DNA from: a virus
Direction: 5' to 3' (one strand)
DNA length: 64,000 nucleotides
IMG/VR virus record: IMGVR_UViG_3300010157_000059
Location: 1-64,000 of that record
The translations under genes were made by a program, and so were the position numbers. The notes below the pieces were generated by a model. That model ran no database searches. It saw only the letters and a program-made list of their open reading frames with translations, and was not told where the DNA came from. Shown in pieces: positions 47,089-56,751 of this stretch. How positions within the stretch are numbered: the first letter of the stretch is position 1; each line of letters begins with the position of its first letter.

Positions 47089-48089
47089 GCGTTGAACTAG
47101 CCAAGCTACGTAAAGAGATGGCGTTTGATGGTCCAGAGTGGCCAGTAGTACAGCCAGCAAAGCCTATAGTAATCAAGCAACCTGCAAAACCTAAGAAAAC
47201 TCCTGCCCTAACAGGTGGCTGGAAGACTGCAGTTATCTTGCCTGACCCACAGATTGGTTACCGCCAGTTTGAGGATAGCACTCTAGATCCTTTTCATGAT
47301 GAAGCTGCTATGAATGTAGCCCTGCAGATTCTTAATGCTGAACAGCATGAGAGTGGTGTGCACCAGGTAGTAAATCTGGGGGATTACATTGATCTTCCAG
47401 CACAGGGCAAGTATGAGCAGGAAGCTGCTTTTGCCTTTACTACTCAGCATGCAATTGACCGTGGTAGTTTATTTGCTGCTCAACAACGTGCTTATGCTCC
47501 ATATGCAAAAATTATTATCCTTGAGGGTAATCACGATCGCCGTATGCAGAAGTTTGTACAGGCTAATGCACTGTCAGCTTTTGGCCTACGCCGTGCTAAC
47601 ACACCCACGTCTTGGCCGGTAATGTCTATGCCTTACCTGCTACGCCTAGAGGACTTTGACGTAGACTACATTGATGCCTACCCAGCAGGTATGTGGTGGA
47701 TTAACGACAAGCTACGTGCTATCCATGGTGACAAGGTGAACTCTGGTGGCTCAACAGCCATGAAGTACACCAATGAGATGCCACATATCTCTACAGTATT
47801 TGGGCACATTCACCGCCAAGAGATCCAGTCAAAGACTACCTTTGACCGTGAGGGTAAAGTTAAAGCTATGGCTATTAGCCCAGGCTGCCTATGCCGTATC
47901 GATGGTCACGTACCTAGTGTCAAGGGCTCTACAGATTCTAACGGCAAGCCAGTAACATACTGGGAGAACTGGCAGCAAGGTATTGCAGTCATTCGTTACA
48001 AGGATGAAGGCTCATTCCATGTGGATCTAGTCCATATTGATGAAGGCAAAACTCTCTATAAAGGACAAGAATTTATCTCTAAAGTCTGA
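47076..48089 (+). CDS. Calcineurin-like metallophosphoesterase
   Basis: D.Q, LGD.ID, GNHD, HGD, GHIH. Confidence 0.88.
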   Translation: MPSLGVELAKLRKEMAFDGPEWPVVQPAKPIVIKQPAKPKKTPALTGGWKTAVILPDPQIGYRQFEDSTLDPFHDEAAMNVALQILNAEQHESGVHQVVNLGDYIDLPAQGKYEQEAAFAFTTQHAIDRGSLFAAQQRAYAPYAKIIILEGNHDRRMQKFVQANALSAFGLRRANTPTSWPVMSMPYLLRLEDFDVDYIDAYPAGMWWINDKLRAIHGDKVNSGGSTAMKYTNEMPHISTVFGHIHRQEIQSKTTFDREGKVKAMAISPGCLCRIDGHVPSVKGSTDSNGKPVTYWENWQQGIAVIRYKDEGSFHVDLVHIDEGKTLYKGQEFISKV

Positions 48090-48139
48090 TAAAGTATAAA
48101 TAATTGTTGGGCCCGGTCTTAGGATGCGGGCCCGATCTC

Positions 48140-48211
48140 GGCATAGTAGTCCAAGTTAGAGACCGCCTATACAACGGAGGGAATGTGCAGGTTCAAGTCC
48201 TGCCTATGCCA
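48140..48211 (+). tRNA. Atypical tRNA or tRNA-like RNA (identity not assignable)
   Basis: Perfect acceptor stem GGCATAG/CTATGCC-A; T arm GCAGG-TTCAAGT-CCTGC; D stem GTC/GAC; 72 nt; irregular anticodon arm; no encoded CCA. Confidence 0.7.
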
Positions 48212-48214
48212 CTC

Positions 48215-48252
48215 AGACCCACACCTCTGTACGCATGTGTGGGTTTCTTTTT
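48215..48252 (+). terminator. Intrinsic terminator after the tRNA-like RNA
   Basis: AGACCCACAC / GTGTGGGTTT stem plus T tract. Confidence 0.8.
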
Positions 48253-48290
48253 AGCCGTACAACTCTCAATAATTAAAGGAAAATGAGAGT

Positions 48291-49586
48291 ATGGCTAAGG
48301 CAATTTTTGAACCCCCGGGCATACCACACATGTCTCAAAAAACTGACCCGACGTTTGATGCCCCAGTAACTGTTAAAAGAAAAGATCTTGACAGTGTTGA
48401 AGACTCTTCCTCTAAAGCTTTTAGTGTAAAAGGTGCTGGTGGAAAAGCTATAGCTAAAGTTGTTCCCAAAGACGCTAAACCAATATACAGTAGTTCAGGC
48501 CGTACTGTTTCTGTAGCACCAGCTTCAATGACTGTTTATACACCAAGTGCAGGAGATATGGCTGCGCACATTCGTAAGCAAATGGGTGCAGCGCCTGCCG
48601 TATCAGAACCTTCTCCTTCAATTACCCCTGTACGAAATATAAATCGTGAATCAAGTTCCAATCGCGTTAGTGTAAGTGGGCCTTTGCGTAATACCACTGC
48701 TTACCGTCCAGGAAGTACACCAGGTACTGTTTACAGAAGTATGGGTGAAAACGAAGGGTATCAAAGAGGATACAACCCAGAACAAATGCGTAACGTACGT
48801 GACGCAGAAAATGCAGGGCATTTAACAATTGAATCTAGCGCGTCTACCATGCCTGATCGACGCATTGGTAGAGGGCATCATGAGTTTGAAGAACACTTAA
48901 CTCGTGAAGCGCTAGCCCGTAGCAGACAGCCTATACACGAAATTGCTAATGCTTCTAACCCTCTTACCATTAATTTAGTAGATGCCCCTTCATCAGGAGC
49001 CGGCGGGCATTACGAACCTGTGCCAGATAACAATGGTAGATACAATATTTTTATAAAAGCGCAAAACGGTAGTATTAGAGCAGATGATGAAAAACGTGTT
49101 AGAGAAACTTTTGGTCACCGTAGCAAAACTATTATACACGAATTGGGTCACCATGCTGACCCTGATTTAAAAAAGTATTACGCTAACCCGTATAATTCTG
49201 GTAAAAAAGGCGTTTCTGAGTATGGGCGTGGAGAAGGTTTTGCTGATGCCTACCAAGATAAAAACCATGTGCCAGATCCTAGATCTACAACTACTAGTAG
49301 ATCTTTGTACCCATATTATGCTCAAATTTTACATCATTCTACTGATCCAGAAACTAAGAGTTGGTCTACGTCTTATGTTTCAGCTGGCGGAGAACTTGGG
49401 CCAACTAGATCGCCGTTATATGACCAAGTTTCTCTTGATACTCTACCTAAATATGCAGATGCTTTGGGTAACGCTGACAAGAATGAAAAAGAAATTGCTA
49501 CTCACCAGCTTGATTTTATTCACCCAAAAACTGGGCGCCCTACTACCTACAATTTCTTAATACATCATTTAGCTAGGAATCAATAA
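48291..49586 (+). CDS. Zincin-like metallopeptidase-domain protein
   Basis: TIIHELGHH with downstream EGFADAY; upstream G.Y...I.I strand; disordered N-terminus. Confidence 0.6.
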   Translation: MAKAIFEPPGIPHMSQKTDPTFDAPVTVKRKDLDSVEDSSSKAFSVKGAGGKAIAKVVPKDAKPIYSSSGRTVSVAPASMTVYTPSAGDMAAHIRKQMGAAPAVSEPSPSITPVRNINRESSSNRVSVSGPLRNTTAYRPGSTPGTVYRSMGENEGYQRGYNPEQMRNVRDAENAGHLTIESSASTMPDRRIGRGHHEFEEHLTREALARSRQPIHEIANASNPLTINLVDAPSSGAGGHYEPVPDNNGRYNIFIKAQNGSIRADDEKRVRETFGHRSKTIIHELGHHADPDLKKYYANPYNSGKKGVSEYGRGEGFADAYQDKNHVPDPRSTTTSRSLYPYYAQILHHSTDPETKSWSTSYVSAGGELGPTRSPLYDQVSLDTLPKYADALGNADKNEKEIATHQLDFIHPKTGRPTTYNFLIHHLARNQ

Positions 49587-50299
49587 TGTCTGGACCAACT
49601 CCAAGCCCTAAACAAGAATACCAATGCCCAGGTTGTCCCTTAAAAATCCGTGGGCAAGCTGCTGCTATTCTTCATAGAGATCGTGAACATCCTGACTCCT
49701 CTTTGGGACCCATAGAACATGGCGGGGTGTCTTTAATGCAAATTCCTCACAACCCTAAAGTTCCAGGATTAGCTACTCCAGGACCTACTTCGCATGCGCC
49801 AATCATTGACCATGCTGGGAGAAAAATGGTTGTAGCTAAGTACCACGATGTACAAGTACCTTTTTACCTTAGCAGTGGAAAAGCTGGAAAAGATAGTGAA
49901 AACGTACACCCAGAAGATAGAGTTGCTGCAGGTAAATGGTACCCATTTTTTGGAATTGGTTCGGATGGATGGATTAATAAGGGTAATTCAGATCAAATTA
50001 ACCATCATTATGGTAGCCCAGAATTAGAACATATTGCTAAAACGCTTGATGAGCATATTGGTGATGTTAGGGACGATACCTCACACCCAGTTGTGGATCA
50101 TTCGTATCGAGCACCGGGTAGTGAGCATCAACACGTATCTTTTATTAACTCTACTATGCCAAATGAACCTGCCATTCACCCCAATTATGAAGACGTCCCT
50201 AAGTTTAGGGATCAAGCTATTGAAGGAAAAGAAACCCGCAAACAAAATATGTGGCATATTATCCGTGCTTTAAAAAACTCAAGGATGAGAAGTGCCTAG
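49586..50299 (+). CDS. Hypothetical protein with N-terminal C2H2 finger
   Basis: CPGC...H....H; core PFYLSSG..GK...GKWYPFFGIG. Confidence 0.6.
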   Translation: MSGPTPSPKQEYQCPGCPLKIRGQAAAILHRDREHPDSSLGPIEHGGVSLMQIPHNPKVPGLATPGPTSHAPIIDHAGRKMVVAKYHDVQVPFYLSSGKAGKDSENVHPEDRVAAGKWYPFFGIGSDGWINKGNSDQINHHYGSPELEHIAKTLDEHIGDVRDDTSHPVVDHSYRAPGSEHQHVSFINSTMPNEPAIHPNYEDVPKFRDQAIEGKETRKQNMWHIIRALKNSRMRSA

Positions 50300-50822
50300 T
50301 TCGCATCAAAATTGGCAGTACCTGGGTGGTAATGGGTTTGTAGGTTCGTACACCACCACAGGTGGAGGTGGTACGCCCGTAACTGGTCGTAGCGAGATGG
50401 ACTTTGCCCGTATGGGTGTGGGTAAAACTCCCAATGCTGAGTACCCAGATGGTTACCTAGGAACAATCCGCTCACGCCGCGATGACCGTGGTAATGGTAC
50501 CGACACGGTACTAGATTCTCTTAAGAATCGCCAAAATCAAAGAGCTTACCAGCGTGGAGTTCACAAGGGTGAGCGTATTGATCCAGGGCAATACTACTGG
50601 CCGGAGGGATTAGACCCAGATCGCAGCCTTTTAAACCGTCCAAAGATCATAGATAATAACGGAGCAGTCAATATGATGATGCCTCGATACGCCCCAGAGT
50701 CCGTATTAGCTCCTGCTCCATCTCTTGTTAATGACGGTAAGGCTAATATCAAGGGCAACGATCCAATAGAAATTAATCAGTCTAGGGCGCATGTCCTTAA
50801 ACATTTAGCACCGAAGTGGTAA
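50292..50822 (+). CDS. Hypothetical protein
   Basis: 176-aa ORF, Gly/Arg-rich (EYPDGYLGTI.SRR.D). Confidence 0.65.
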   Translation: MPSSHQNWQYLGGNGFVGSYTTTGGGGTPVTGRSEMDFARMGVGKTPNAEYPDGYLGTIRSRRDDRGNGTDTVLDSLKNRQNQRAYQRGVHKGERIDPGQYYWPEGLDPDRSLLNRPKIIDNNGAVNMMMPRYAPESVLAPAPSLVNDGKANIKGNDPIEINQSRAHVLKHLAPKW

Positions 50823-50826
50823 TCTA

Positions 50827-51048
50827 ATGCATCCAAAAGTAGCGCAAATAGTAAAAAGAGTTGGCTCTGACGCCATTGAAGCCGTGCAAACACGTGATTT
50901 AGGAAAAGGCTTAGGAGTTATTGCAGCCGGAGCTGCTATTGCTGCCCACCCTATTATTGGTACAGCATTAGCTCCAAAGATTACTGAAGGAACTGAAGCG
51001 GTAGTAAATAACGTAAGAGACCGCATTAGAAATAGAAGAGAGTCCTAA
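50827..51048 (+). CDS. Hypothetical protein with hydrophobic segment
   Basis: 73 aa, coupled to the next gene. Confidence 0.55.
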   Translation: MHPKVAQIVKRVGSDAIEAVQTRDLGKGLGVIAAGAAIAAHPIIGTALAPKITEGTEAVVNNVRDRIRNRRES

Positions 51049-51302
51049 TGTCAACTCGATCAGAAGAATTTTTAAATTCTATACATGTATCAAAAGGCGG
51101 GTTTACGGTTGACTCCTCAGGTGAGGCGACTCGCCGAGGTACTGAGTTAACTCCTGGGGGCATGGCTCTTATGATTAAACAGCATAAAGAAGGAAAACAT
51201 GACCCTTTAAACACTAGTCTTAGATGGAAAGACGGCAGCCCCGTAAGCACCGACGATTTATTAACAGTAAGATCAGTTTGCCCATTATGTAAGGGAGAGT
51301 AG
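51048..51302 (+). CDS. Hypothetical protein with HxxGxH...CxxC
   Basis: HKEGKH...CPLC. Confidence 0.55.
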   Translation: MSTRSEEFLNSIHVSKGGFTVDSSGEATRRGTELTPGGMALMIKQHKEGKHDPLNTSLRWKDGSPVSTDDLLTVRSVCPLCKGE

Positions 51303-51305
51303 TCA

Positions 51306-51674
51306 ATGGACGCAGCAGATACAGTATATGGACGTAGGCCTTGGAATAGAGGGCCAGATGACAAAGAAACTGAGGATGACTCAGAACATACCAGATATGA
51401 TTATTTAGGCCCTCATTCAAGTCGTGATCAAGCCATGATAGCTCAAGCTCTTGCCTCTAATACAACTCCTGGGCAATACTTAACAGATATTGTTCGACCA
51501 CCCCTACCTCAAGTTCAACTATTTAGATCTCGTTATGGGTATAGGACTCGGGAAATAGGTATTTCTGACATTATGAATGTAGATGAGATCTATGCGGAGC
51601 CACGCACAGAAGTAACTGGAGCTGCTGGTTTTGAGGGCTCAAGCAGGAATTCATCCGGAAACGCTTCTTACTAA
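51306..51674 (+). CDS. Hypothetical protein
   Basis: GGGAG RBS, 122 aa. Confidence 0.6.
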   Translation: MDAADTVYGRRPWNRGPDDKETEDDSEHTRYDYLGPHSSRDQAMIAQALASNTTPGQYLTDIVRPPLPQVQLFRSRYGYRTREIGISDIMNVDEIYAEPRTEVTGAAGFEGSSRNSSGNASY

Positions 51675-51684
51675 GGATAAATAA

Positions 51685-52632
51685 ATGGGAATTAAAAAAA
51701 ATCTGTCAGGCGCTGACATTCAAGTACTCGGTGAAGCCGAATTACGACGTCGCAAAGCTACTCAAGGTACTTGTCCTAATTGTTTTTTGAAAGCAAAGCT
51801 TACCCCTATGGGTGTTTGCCAAGACTGCGATGACGCAGTACGTCCTGCAACACGTCAAGAACAAGCTCCTGAACCTGAAGCTACTAGCTCTACACTTCGT
51901 AGGTATCCCTATGATGAAACAAAGAGCTGGATGGGTCGAGCAACTTATACAGAAGAGCGTGAATCAAGAACGGGAGGGGGAAGCCGTACTATCTACAAAT
52001 TAGAAGGTCCTAAACATTCCCCGGCCTATTTAGGGTCTTGTGCACAGCACACAGCTCCAGAAAATCCTTCAAATCTAGAACCACACCCTAATGCATTGGG
52101 AACTTTGCCTATTAACGCAACTCTAGATGATTATGAGCACTATGCAGCTGCTCGTGGTGGGCGAGTACTAGGCGGGGTTATGCATGTTGATCTTAGAACT
52201 CCAGAGCAGCGCGACCCTAGTCATCGTTCTTACGTTCCAACTCCAATGCTTGTTAGCCAAAAAATTAATCACAACCCTACGCGCCCTACTTCAAAAGATA
52301 ATAATTGGGGTGAAGATGCTCCTAAAATTACAACATGGACAGAATATACAACGCAAAAAGATTTCCATATTAATGCTTGGAGAGCTCACGAACTTTTAGA
52401 AGATGCTAGAGCTAGACTAACCCCAGAAGAACTAGAAGATCATAATATTAAGCATGGTGGTATTCTTGATTCAGATTCACCAGGTCAGCGTGACGAAAAG
52501 GGCATTCCTTGGAGAAATAAGCCAGATACTTGCCCATTATGTCGTGCAGTTGAGCAAGTTAAGACTGCTGAATACGAACACGACACTGGCCAGCACACAC
52601 GGGATGTCCATCCATTATGTCCAAAGTGCTAA
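51685..52632 (+). CDS. Hypothetical protein with several Zn-binding motifs
   Basis: CPNC..CQDC; H..H..CPLC; HDTGQH..CPKC. Confidence 0.6.
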   Translation: MGIKKNLSGADIQVLGEAELRRRKATQGTCPNCFLKAKLTPMGVCQDCDDAVRPATRQEQAPEPEATSSTLRRYPYDETKSWMGRATYTEERESRTGGGSRTIYKLEGPKHSPAYLGSCAQHTAPENPSNLEPHPNALGTLPINATLDDYEHYAAARGGRVLGGVMHVDLRTPEQRDPSHRSYVPTPMLVSQKINHNPTRPTSKDNNWGEDAPKITTWTEYTTQKDFHINAWRAHELLEDARARLTPEELEDHNIKHGGILDSDSPGQRDEKGIPWRNKPDTCPLCRAVEQVKTAEYEHDTGQHTRDVHPLCPKC

Positions 52633-52781
52633 AAGGAACTATTAATACTAGTAATGCAGATTGCAAACTTTGCGGAAAACCTGTAGGAACTGTAGAAAAT
52701 ATATGGTCCCGAACTCCCAATAAGTGTGTAAACTGTAAGAATAAAGAATTTAAGAAAAAAGTAATGCAAGGCATGTTCTAA
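52626..52781 (+). CDS. Zn-ribbon microprotein, 51 aa (not in ORF track)
   Basis: GTG start; CKLCG...KCVNC; fills the gap between neighbours. Confidence 0.55.
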   Translation: MLKGTINTSNADCKLCGKPVGTVENIWSRTPNKCVNCKNKEFKKKVMQGMF

Positions 52782-52793
52782 TTAGGAGAACTC

Positions 52794-53069
52794 ATGGAAA
52801 GATCAAAAACAGAAGAACTTAACGAAGGCGCTACTGACGGTAAGTACCGTAAGGTTCGTCCTAATACTCATGTTGCCCAGGGGCTGGGAGATGAAATTGT
52901 TACGGCTAACCGTGCAGGCCTTCACCCGTTCTACAACTATGGCTTTATTGATACTGAGACTCCTTCAAAGGTATCTCCAGGAGCATCTAACGTCAAGACT
53001 GGTGCAGTCCCTTCATACAACAACACACCAGTTGCTGATCTCAACAACTATATGGGAGCAGGTCAGTAA
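52794..53069 (+). CDS. Hypothetical protein
   Basis: AGGAGA RBS; GATDGKYRK.RP. Confidence 0.65.
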   Translation: MERSKTEELNEGATDGKYRKVRPNTHVAQGLGDEIVTANRAGLHPFYNYGFIDTETPSKVSPGASNVKTGAVPSYNNTPVADLNNYMGAGQ

Positions 53070-53071
53070 TA

Positions 53072-53281
53072 ATGGCTTTTTTCTCAAGAGCGGGTAAGAC
53101 CTCAGGAGTATGCAAAAGCTGCAAAAGAATTAAGAATGTAGAAGGAGAATGCTCCTGTAACTCTGGAGGCACGGACGCCGAATGTGGAAACTGTGGAGCT
53201 ATAGGATATATTCCAGATCGTAGTGCTCCTGAAGCAGTTATTCGCCAAAAGATCGGCTGCACTTGCGGGTCGGCAGAATAA
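53072..53281 (+). CDS. Cys-rich small protein
   Basis: CKSC, CSC, CGNC, CTC. Confidence 0.6.
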   Translation: MAFFSRAGKTSGVCKSCKRIKNVEGECSCNSGGTDAECGNCGAIGYIPDRSAPEAVIRQKIGCTCGSAE

Positions 53282-53427
53282 TGTTTTACGAGGAGGACGA
53301 GTACGAAACTTTAACCCATAAAGAAAGACAACTAAAAGAGTTACATGCAAGAAGGACTGAAGATGAGCTTTATGTCCTACTAAATGAAGCTTTAGATAAG
53401 TTACATAATAATTTTCAGGAAGAGTAA
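53281..53427 (+). CDS. Small acidic helical protein, 48 aa (not in ORF track)
   Basis: TAATG coupling at both ends; MFYEEDEYETLTHKERQLKELH... Confidence 0.55.
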   Translation: MFYEEDEYETLTHKERQLKELHARRTEDELYVLLNEALDKLHNNFQEE

Positions 53428-55487
53428 TGGAAGAACAACCGAAAGCTGCTCCAAATTATCGCGATGCCGCGGACGAGTTAGCAGTACTTCCAGAAAACAG
53501 TCAAAAATTAATTTTAAGAACCCACCATGGCTGCGATTACGCCGGTGTGGATGATCATGGTGTTAGGACTACCTGTAGTAATCCTGCAGATACCGTTGTT
53601 TTTGCTACCGTACAACGCCCAGAAAGAGATGAAACTAACGCGTTAACGGGAAACTTAACTCAGCCCAAAGTAATTTTGCCTTCTGAAGAAATTAAAGCGT
53701 ATTGCCCTCTTCACGACCATATGGCTGTTGATGACCTTCACACAAAGCTAAGAAAAGGTTCTAATGAAAAATATAGGGAAACTTATATAGATGAAGATGG
53801 TACTCCTACCCACACTCATACTGCGGATGCATTGCCTATTTCTGTACTTTCAGAAGATAACCCAAAAACACATGCTTGGAATCGTCAAAACGCTAATTTG
53901 GTAAAAAAACTTCGTGAAGGCCTATTGCTAAATACTCTTAGGCATTCTGGAAGAATTAAAAACGTACCCTCAAGAGGATTTGCCCGTGGAGCCTTTGATG
54001 ACAGTGAAGACCTCTTCGAAGATGTTACTCGCGAAGAGTTTGGTACAACTGGTTTTGAAGAAGCTACTGGGTCTACTATCCAAGATATTGTTGAAGGCAG
54101 TGTGCACCAAGCACTTAATCCTAATTTTGTGCAAGATACAAAACCTACCGCTATTGAAAGTGCAAGGTTTGAAGATGAAGAATCTCAAACAACAAAGCAA
54201 GCTCAAGCACATAGAAATAAAATTGCTGCCGCTTTGTCAAGAGCTAAAAACAAAGGGCATAGATGGTGCACTAAATGCCAAAAGTCTACTAAGACAGACC
54301 CTTACTGCGATACTTGTTTCTCAGAAACTGTAGACTCCGGGTCTGTACCAAAAAAGAGTGCCGGAAGACCAATGAGGGTAGATGAAGAAAACCACGTAGT
54401 TGTCACTACAAATAGCACTACTAAAGCTGTACAAGCTGCTATTGGTAACGCTGTTCCAGTACCCGGACCAAATGGCACTAGCGTTACTCTTCCAAGTACT
54501 GTGGATAACACAAGAGACTTTCTTAAAGGAACTGGTTATGCGCCAGATTACCGTGCAATTGAAGGTGCGCACGAGAAGTCTGATTTTACTGTCTCACATT
54601 TTGCTCCAACAGAAGATTACGAAGACCCAGAAACTATGGTTCCCTCTTTAGGAAAAGGAGGTAGTCAGTATGTTTCACGTACTGGAGCTCTTTCTGAGAG
54701 TGAAAGCAGAGCAGCTGTATTTCAAGGCCCGTCAAAAGCTGATACAGGCCCATTATTAGGAACTAATGCACGCCCTGGAGTTACGCAGAATTCTGAAACA
54801 GGAGAATATGAGCCTATTACAGCAACTTCTGAAGGTAAACTTATTGATTTTACAGATGGTTCTATAGAAAACGTTGATCCTAATAAGAGCGTTAAGTCTA
54901 GAGAAAGAACATACGGGCTTAATGTAAAATTTGTTAACCATGTGGCTCCTTCTACTACGTGCCATGAGTGCTCAATTACTGGAGAAGCATCCCCCGTAGT
55001 TAGAAAATTTGTTAAAGATCATAATGGAGAACTAAAAGGCGTTTGTGCCAAAGGTCATAGAATGCCTACAAGCAATATCCCCGTTGCTTGGCATGAGGGC
55101 CGTGCTGTACACGTATATCCTCGCCCAACTGGTACTGAAGATAACCAAGGCCGTCCTGAATACAAATGGATTCCTACAGAAGAACCTGCAGTTCACAAAA
55201 GAGAAGATGGGGTTCGGGTTCTTGTTTCTCGTGATGAGGTAGTAAAAGCTGCTCCTTTTAGGCATAGTCAGGAAGCTTTTAGTAGAAGAAACCCATCAAC
55301 AAGAGCTAGAATGGTCAGTGCAGCTCTTTGGAGAGTTCAAAACCGAAATGTTTTAGCTCCTACTGGGGCTGATTCATTGGTAGAACAACAAAAACTATTG
55401 TTGTTAAGAGAACATAACGCTAATTTCTTACAAGGCCAGCAAGAAGCTTCTCAAACTCCGCCTACAGAGGGAAACACTAATGGCTGA
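53427..55487 (+). CDS. Large hypothetical protein with Zn ribbons
   Basis: 686-aa ORF; C..C..YC..H, CTKC..CDTC, CHEC..C..H. Confidence 0.65.
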   Translation: MEEQPKAAPNYRDAADELAVLPENSQKLILRTHHGCDYAGVDDHGVRTTCSNPADTVVFATVQRPERDETNALTGNLTQPKVILPSEEIKAYCPLHDHMAVDDLHTKLRKGSNEKYRETYIDEDGTPTHTHTADALPISVLSEDNPKTHAWNRQNANLVKKLREGLLLNTLRHSGRIKNVPSRGFARGAFDDSEDLFEDVTREEFGTTGFEEATGSTIQDIVEGSVHQALNPNFVQDTKPTAIESARFEDEESQTTKQAQAHRNKIAAALSRAKNKGHRWCTKCQKSTKTDPYCDTCFSETVDSGSVPKKSAGRPMRVDEENHVVVTTNSTTKAVQAAIGNAVPVPGPNGTSVTLPSTVDNTRDFLKGTGYAPDYRAIEGAHEKSDFTVSHFAPTEDYEDPETMVPSLGKGGSQYVSRTGALSESESRAAVFQGPSKADTGPLLGTNARPGVTQNSETGEYEPITATSEGKLIDFTDGSIENVDPNKSVKSRERTYGLNVKFVNHVAPSTTCHECSITGEASPVVRKFVKDHNGELKGVCAKGHRMPTSNIPVAWHEGRAVHVYPRPTGTEDNQGRPEYKWIPTEEPAVHKREDGVRVLVSRDEVVKAAPFRHSQEAFSRRNPSTRARMVSAALWRVQNRNVLAPTGADSLVEQQKLLLLREHNANFLQGQQEASQTPPTEGNTNG

Positions 55488-56676
55488 TGATTATAATTTT
55501 GATATACCTGAGACCGGAGATAAAGGTCAAGAAGCGGTTGATCGTGAAAAAGGCAGAAAAAGTAAAAGCCGTCAATTTAAATTAGTTTCTCCAACACAGC
55601 GAGCACGTGCTGGTCGTACACGAGTACGCCTTGTTATTGACCCAAATGCTGAACTAAATGACCGAGGTATTCCTCAAGGAAACCCAGCAGCAGTTGTGCG
55701 AGACGTCCCAGCATTGCCTTCTCGTATGTCGGATGTAGTGCCCAGCTCAGGGGTAGTTTCTGATACTGAGAATGTATTTTTTAATGCAGATCACGTTGCT
55801 GGAAACCATGCTGAAACCCCTGACTTAGAAAATTGCGCAGCTTGTCAACGTTCAGCTAGAAAAACAGCTAAGAATAGTGCTATTTTTGGGCACGCAGGCA
55901 ATGAAGCTAAGTATCGTGCACACCCTGAACATGTACGAGAACACATTGATTCTATGATGCAAAAAGGCGTAAGTTTAAAAAACGCTTTAGAGTATGTAAA
56001 GAAAAATCATTTTCTCTTTGGGTTAGATGAAGAAGACGAAGAGTCCGGTGCTGGAACTGCGGGCGCTGGAAAAGTGTTAGGGCCAACAAGACCAAGACAT
56101 CTTCGTCGTAGTAAACACATTGATTACGCTGAACAATTTCTTATAGAAAAAGGCGCTAGAACTAAAGGGTTTGAGCCTTGGGAAATTACGGCACATCAAG
56201 GTAAAACTGCACAACAAATTATTTTTGAGGCTATGCCTGAGTTAAAAGAACAAATCTATAAAACTCCACCATCTACAACGGTTACTTTTTTGCCAATGGA
56301 AGGTGTGGAGCTAAAGCCTTTAGAAATGTACCATACTAGGTCAGATGGTACTAAAGTACCTTATTCTCCTGCAGACTATGTAGATCACCATACGGCTGAG
56401 CATAAAAAAGCTGTAGCCATGGGTGATACAAGAGGGGCAAGATTTCATCAAGACCAAATTAGAAAACATCAAAACCAAGCTCCTATATATGCTACAGTAA
56501 CCCCAGATCCTAATGGAAAAGTATGGAAAAAGGGTATTATTAGCCGCGATGATGCCTGGGCAAGCCTAGCTAAAGCAGAAGAAACTGGAAACCCAGAGTG
56601 CGATTTAAAATGTGATTTAGGTACCCAACACGCTCAATGCCCAAAACATGGTCAACTGCTATTTCCTGAAGAATAA
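55480..56676 (+). CDS. Hypothetical protein with HxxGxH...CxxC
   Basis: 398-aa ORF; HVAGNH...CAAC; C-terminal Cys/His cluster. Confidence 0.65.
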   Translation: MADDYNFDIPETGDKGQEAVDREKGRKSKSRQFKLVSPTQRARAGRTRVRLVIDPNAELNDRGIPQGNPAAVVRDVPALPSRMSDVVPSSGVVSDTENVFFNADHVAGNHAETPDLENCAACQRSARKTAKNSAIFGHAGNEAKYRAHPEHVREHIDSMMQKGVSLKNALEYVKKNHFLFGLDEEDEESGAGTAGAGKVLGPTRPRHLRRSKHIDYAEQFLIEKGARTKGFEPWEITAHQGKTAQQIIFEAMPELKEQIYKTPPSTTVTFLPMEGVELKPLEMYHTRSDGTKVPYSPADYVDHHTAEHKKAVAMGDTRGARFHQDQIRKHQNQAPIYATVTPDPNGKVWKKGIISRDDAWASLAKAEETGNPECDLKCDLGTQHAQCPKHGQLLFPEE

Positions 56677-56751
56677 AATAACAATCAGTAATTGCGGATA
56701 ATCCTACAAACTGCATGTACAGTAGTACGTGTAACCTACGTAGGAGAGCTA

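Noticed and set aside
48212-48252. tRNA-associated HDV-like (theta) ribozyme downstream of the tRNA-like RNA
   Set aside because: Folds as a simple hairpin plus T tract; no nested double pseudoknot found
48104-48286. 60-aa ORF from the track
   Set aside because: Overlaps the hairpin, tRNA-like RNA and terminator; TTG start with no RBS
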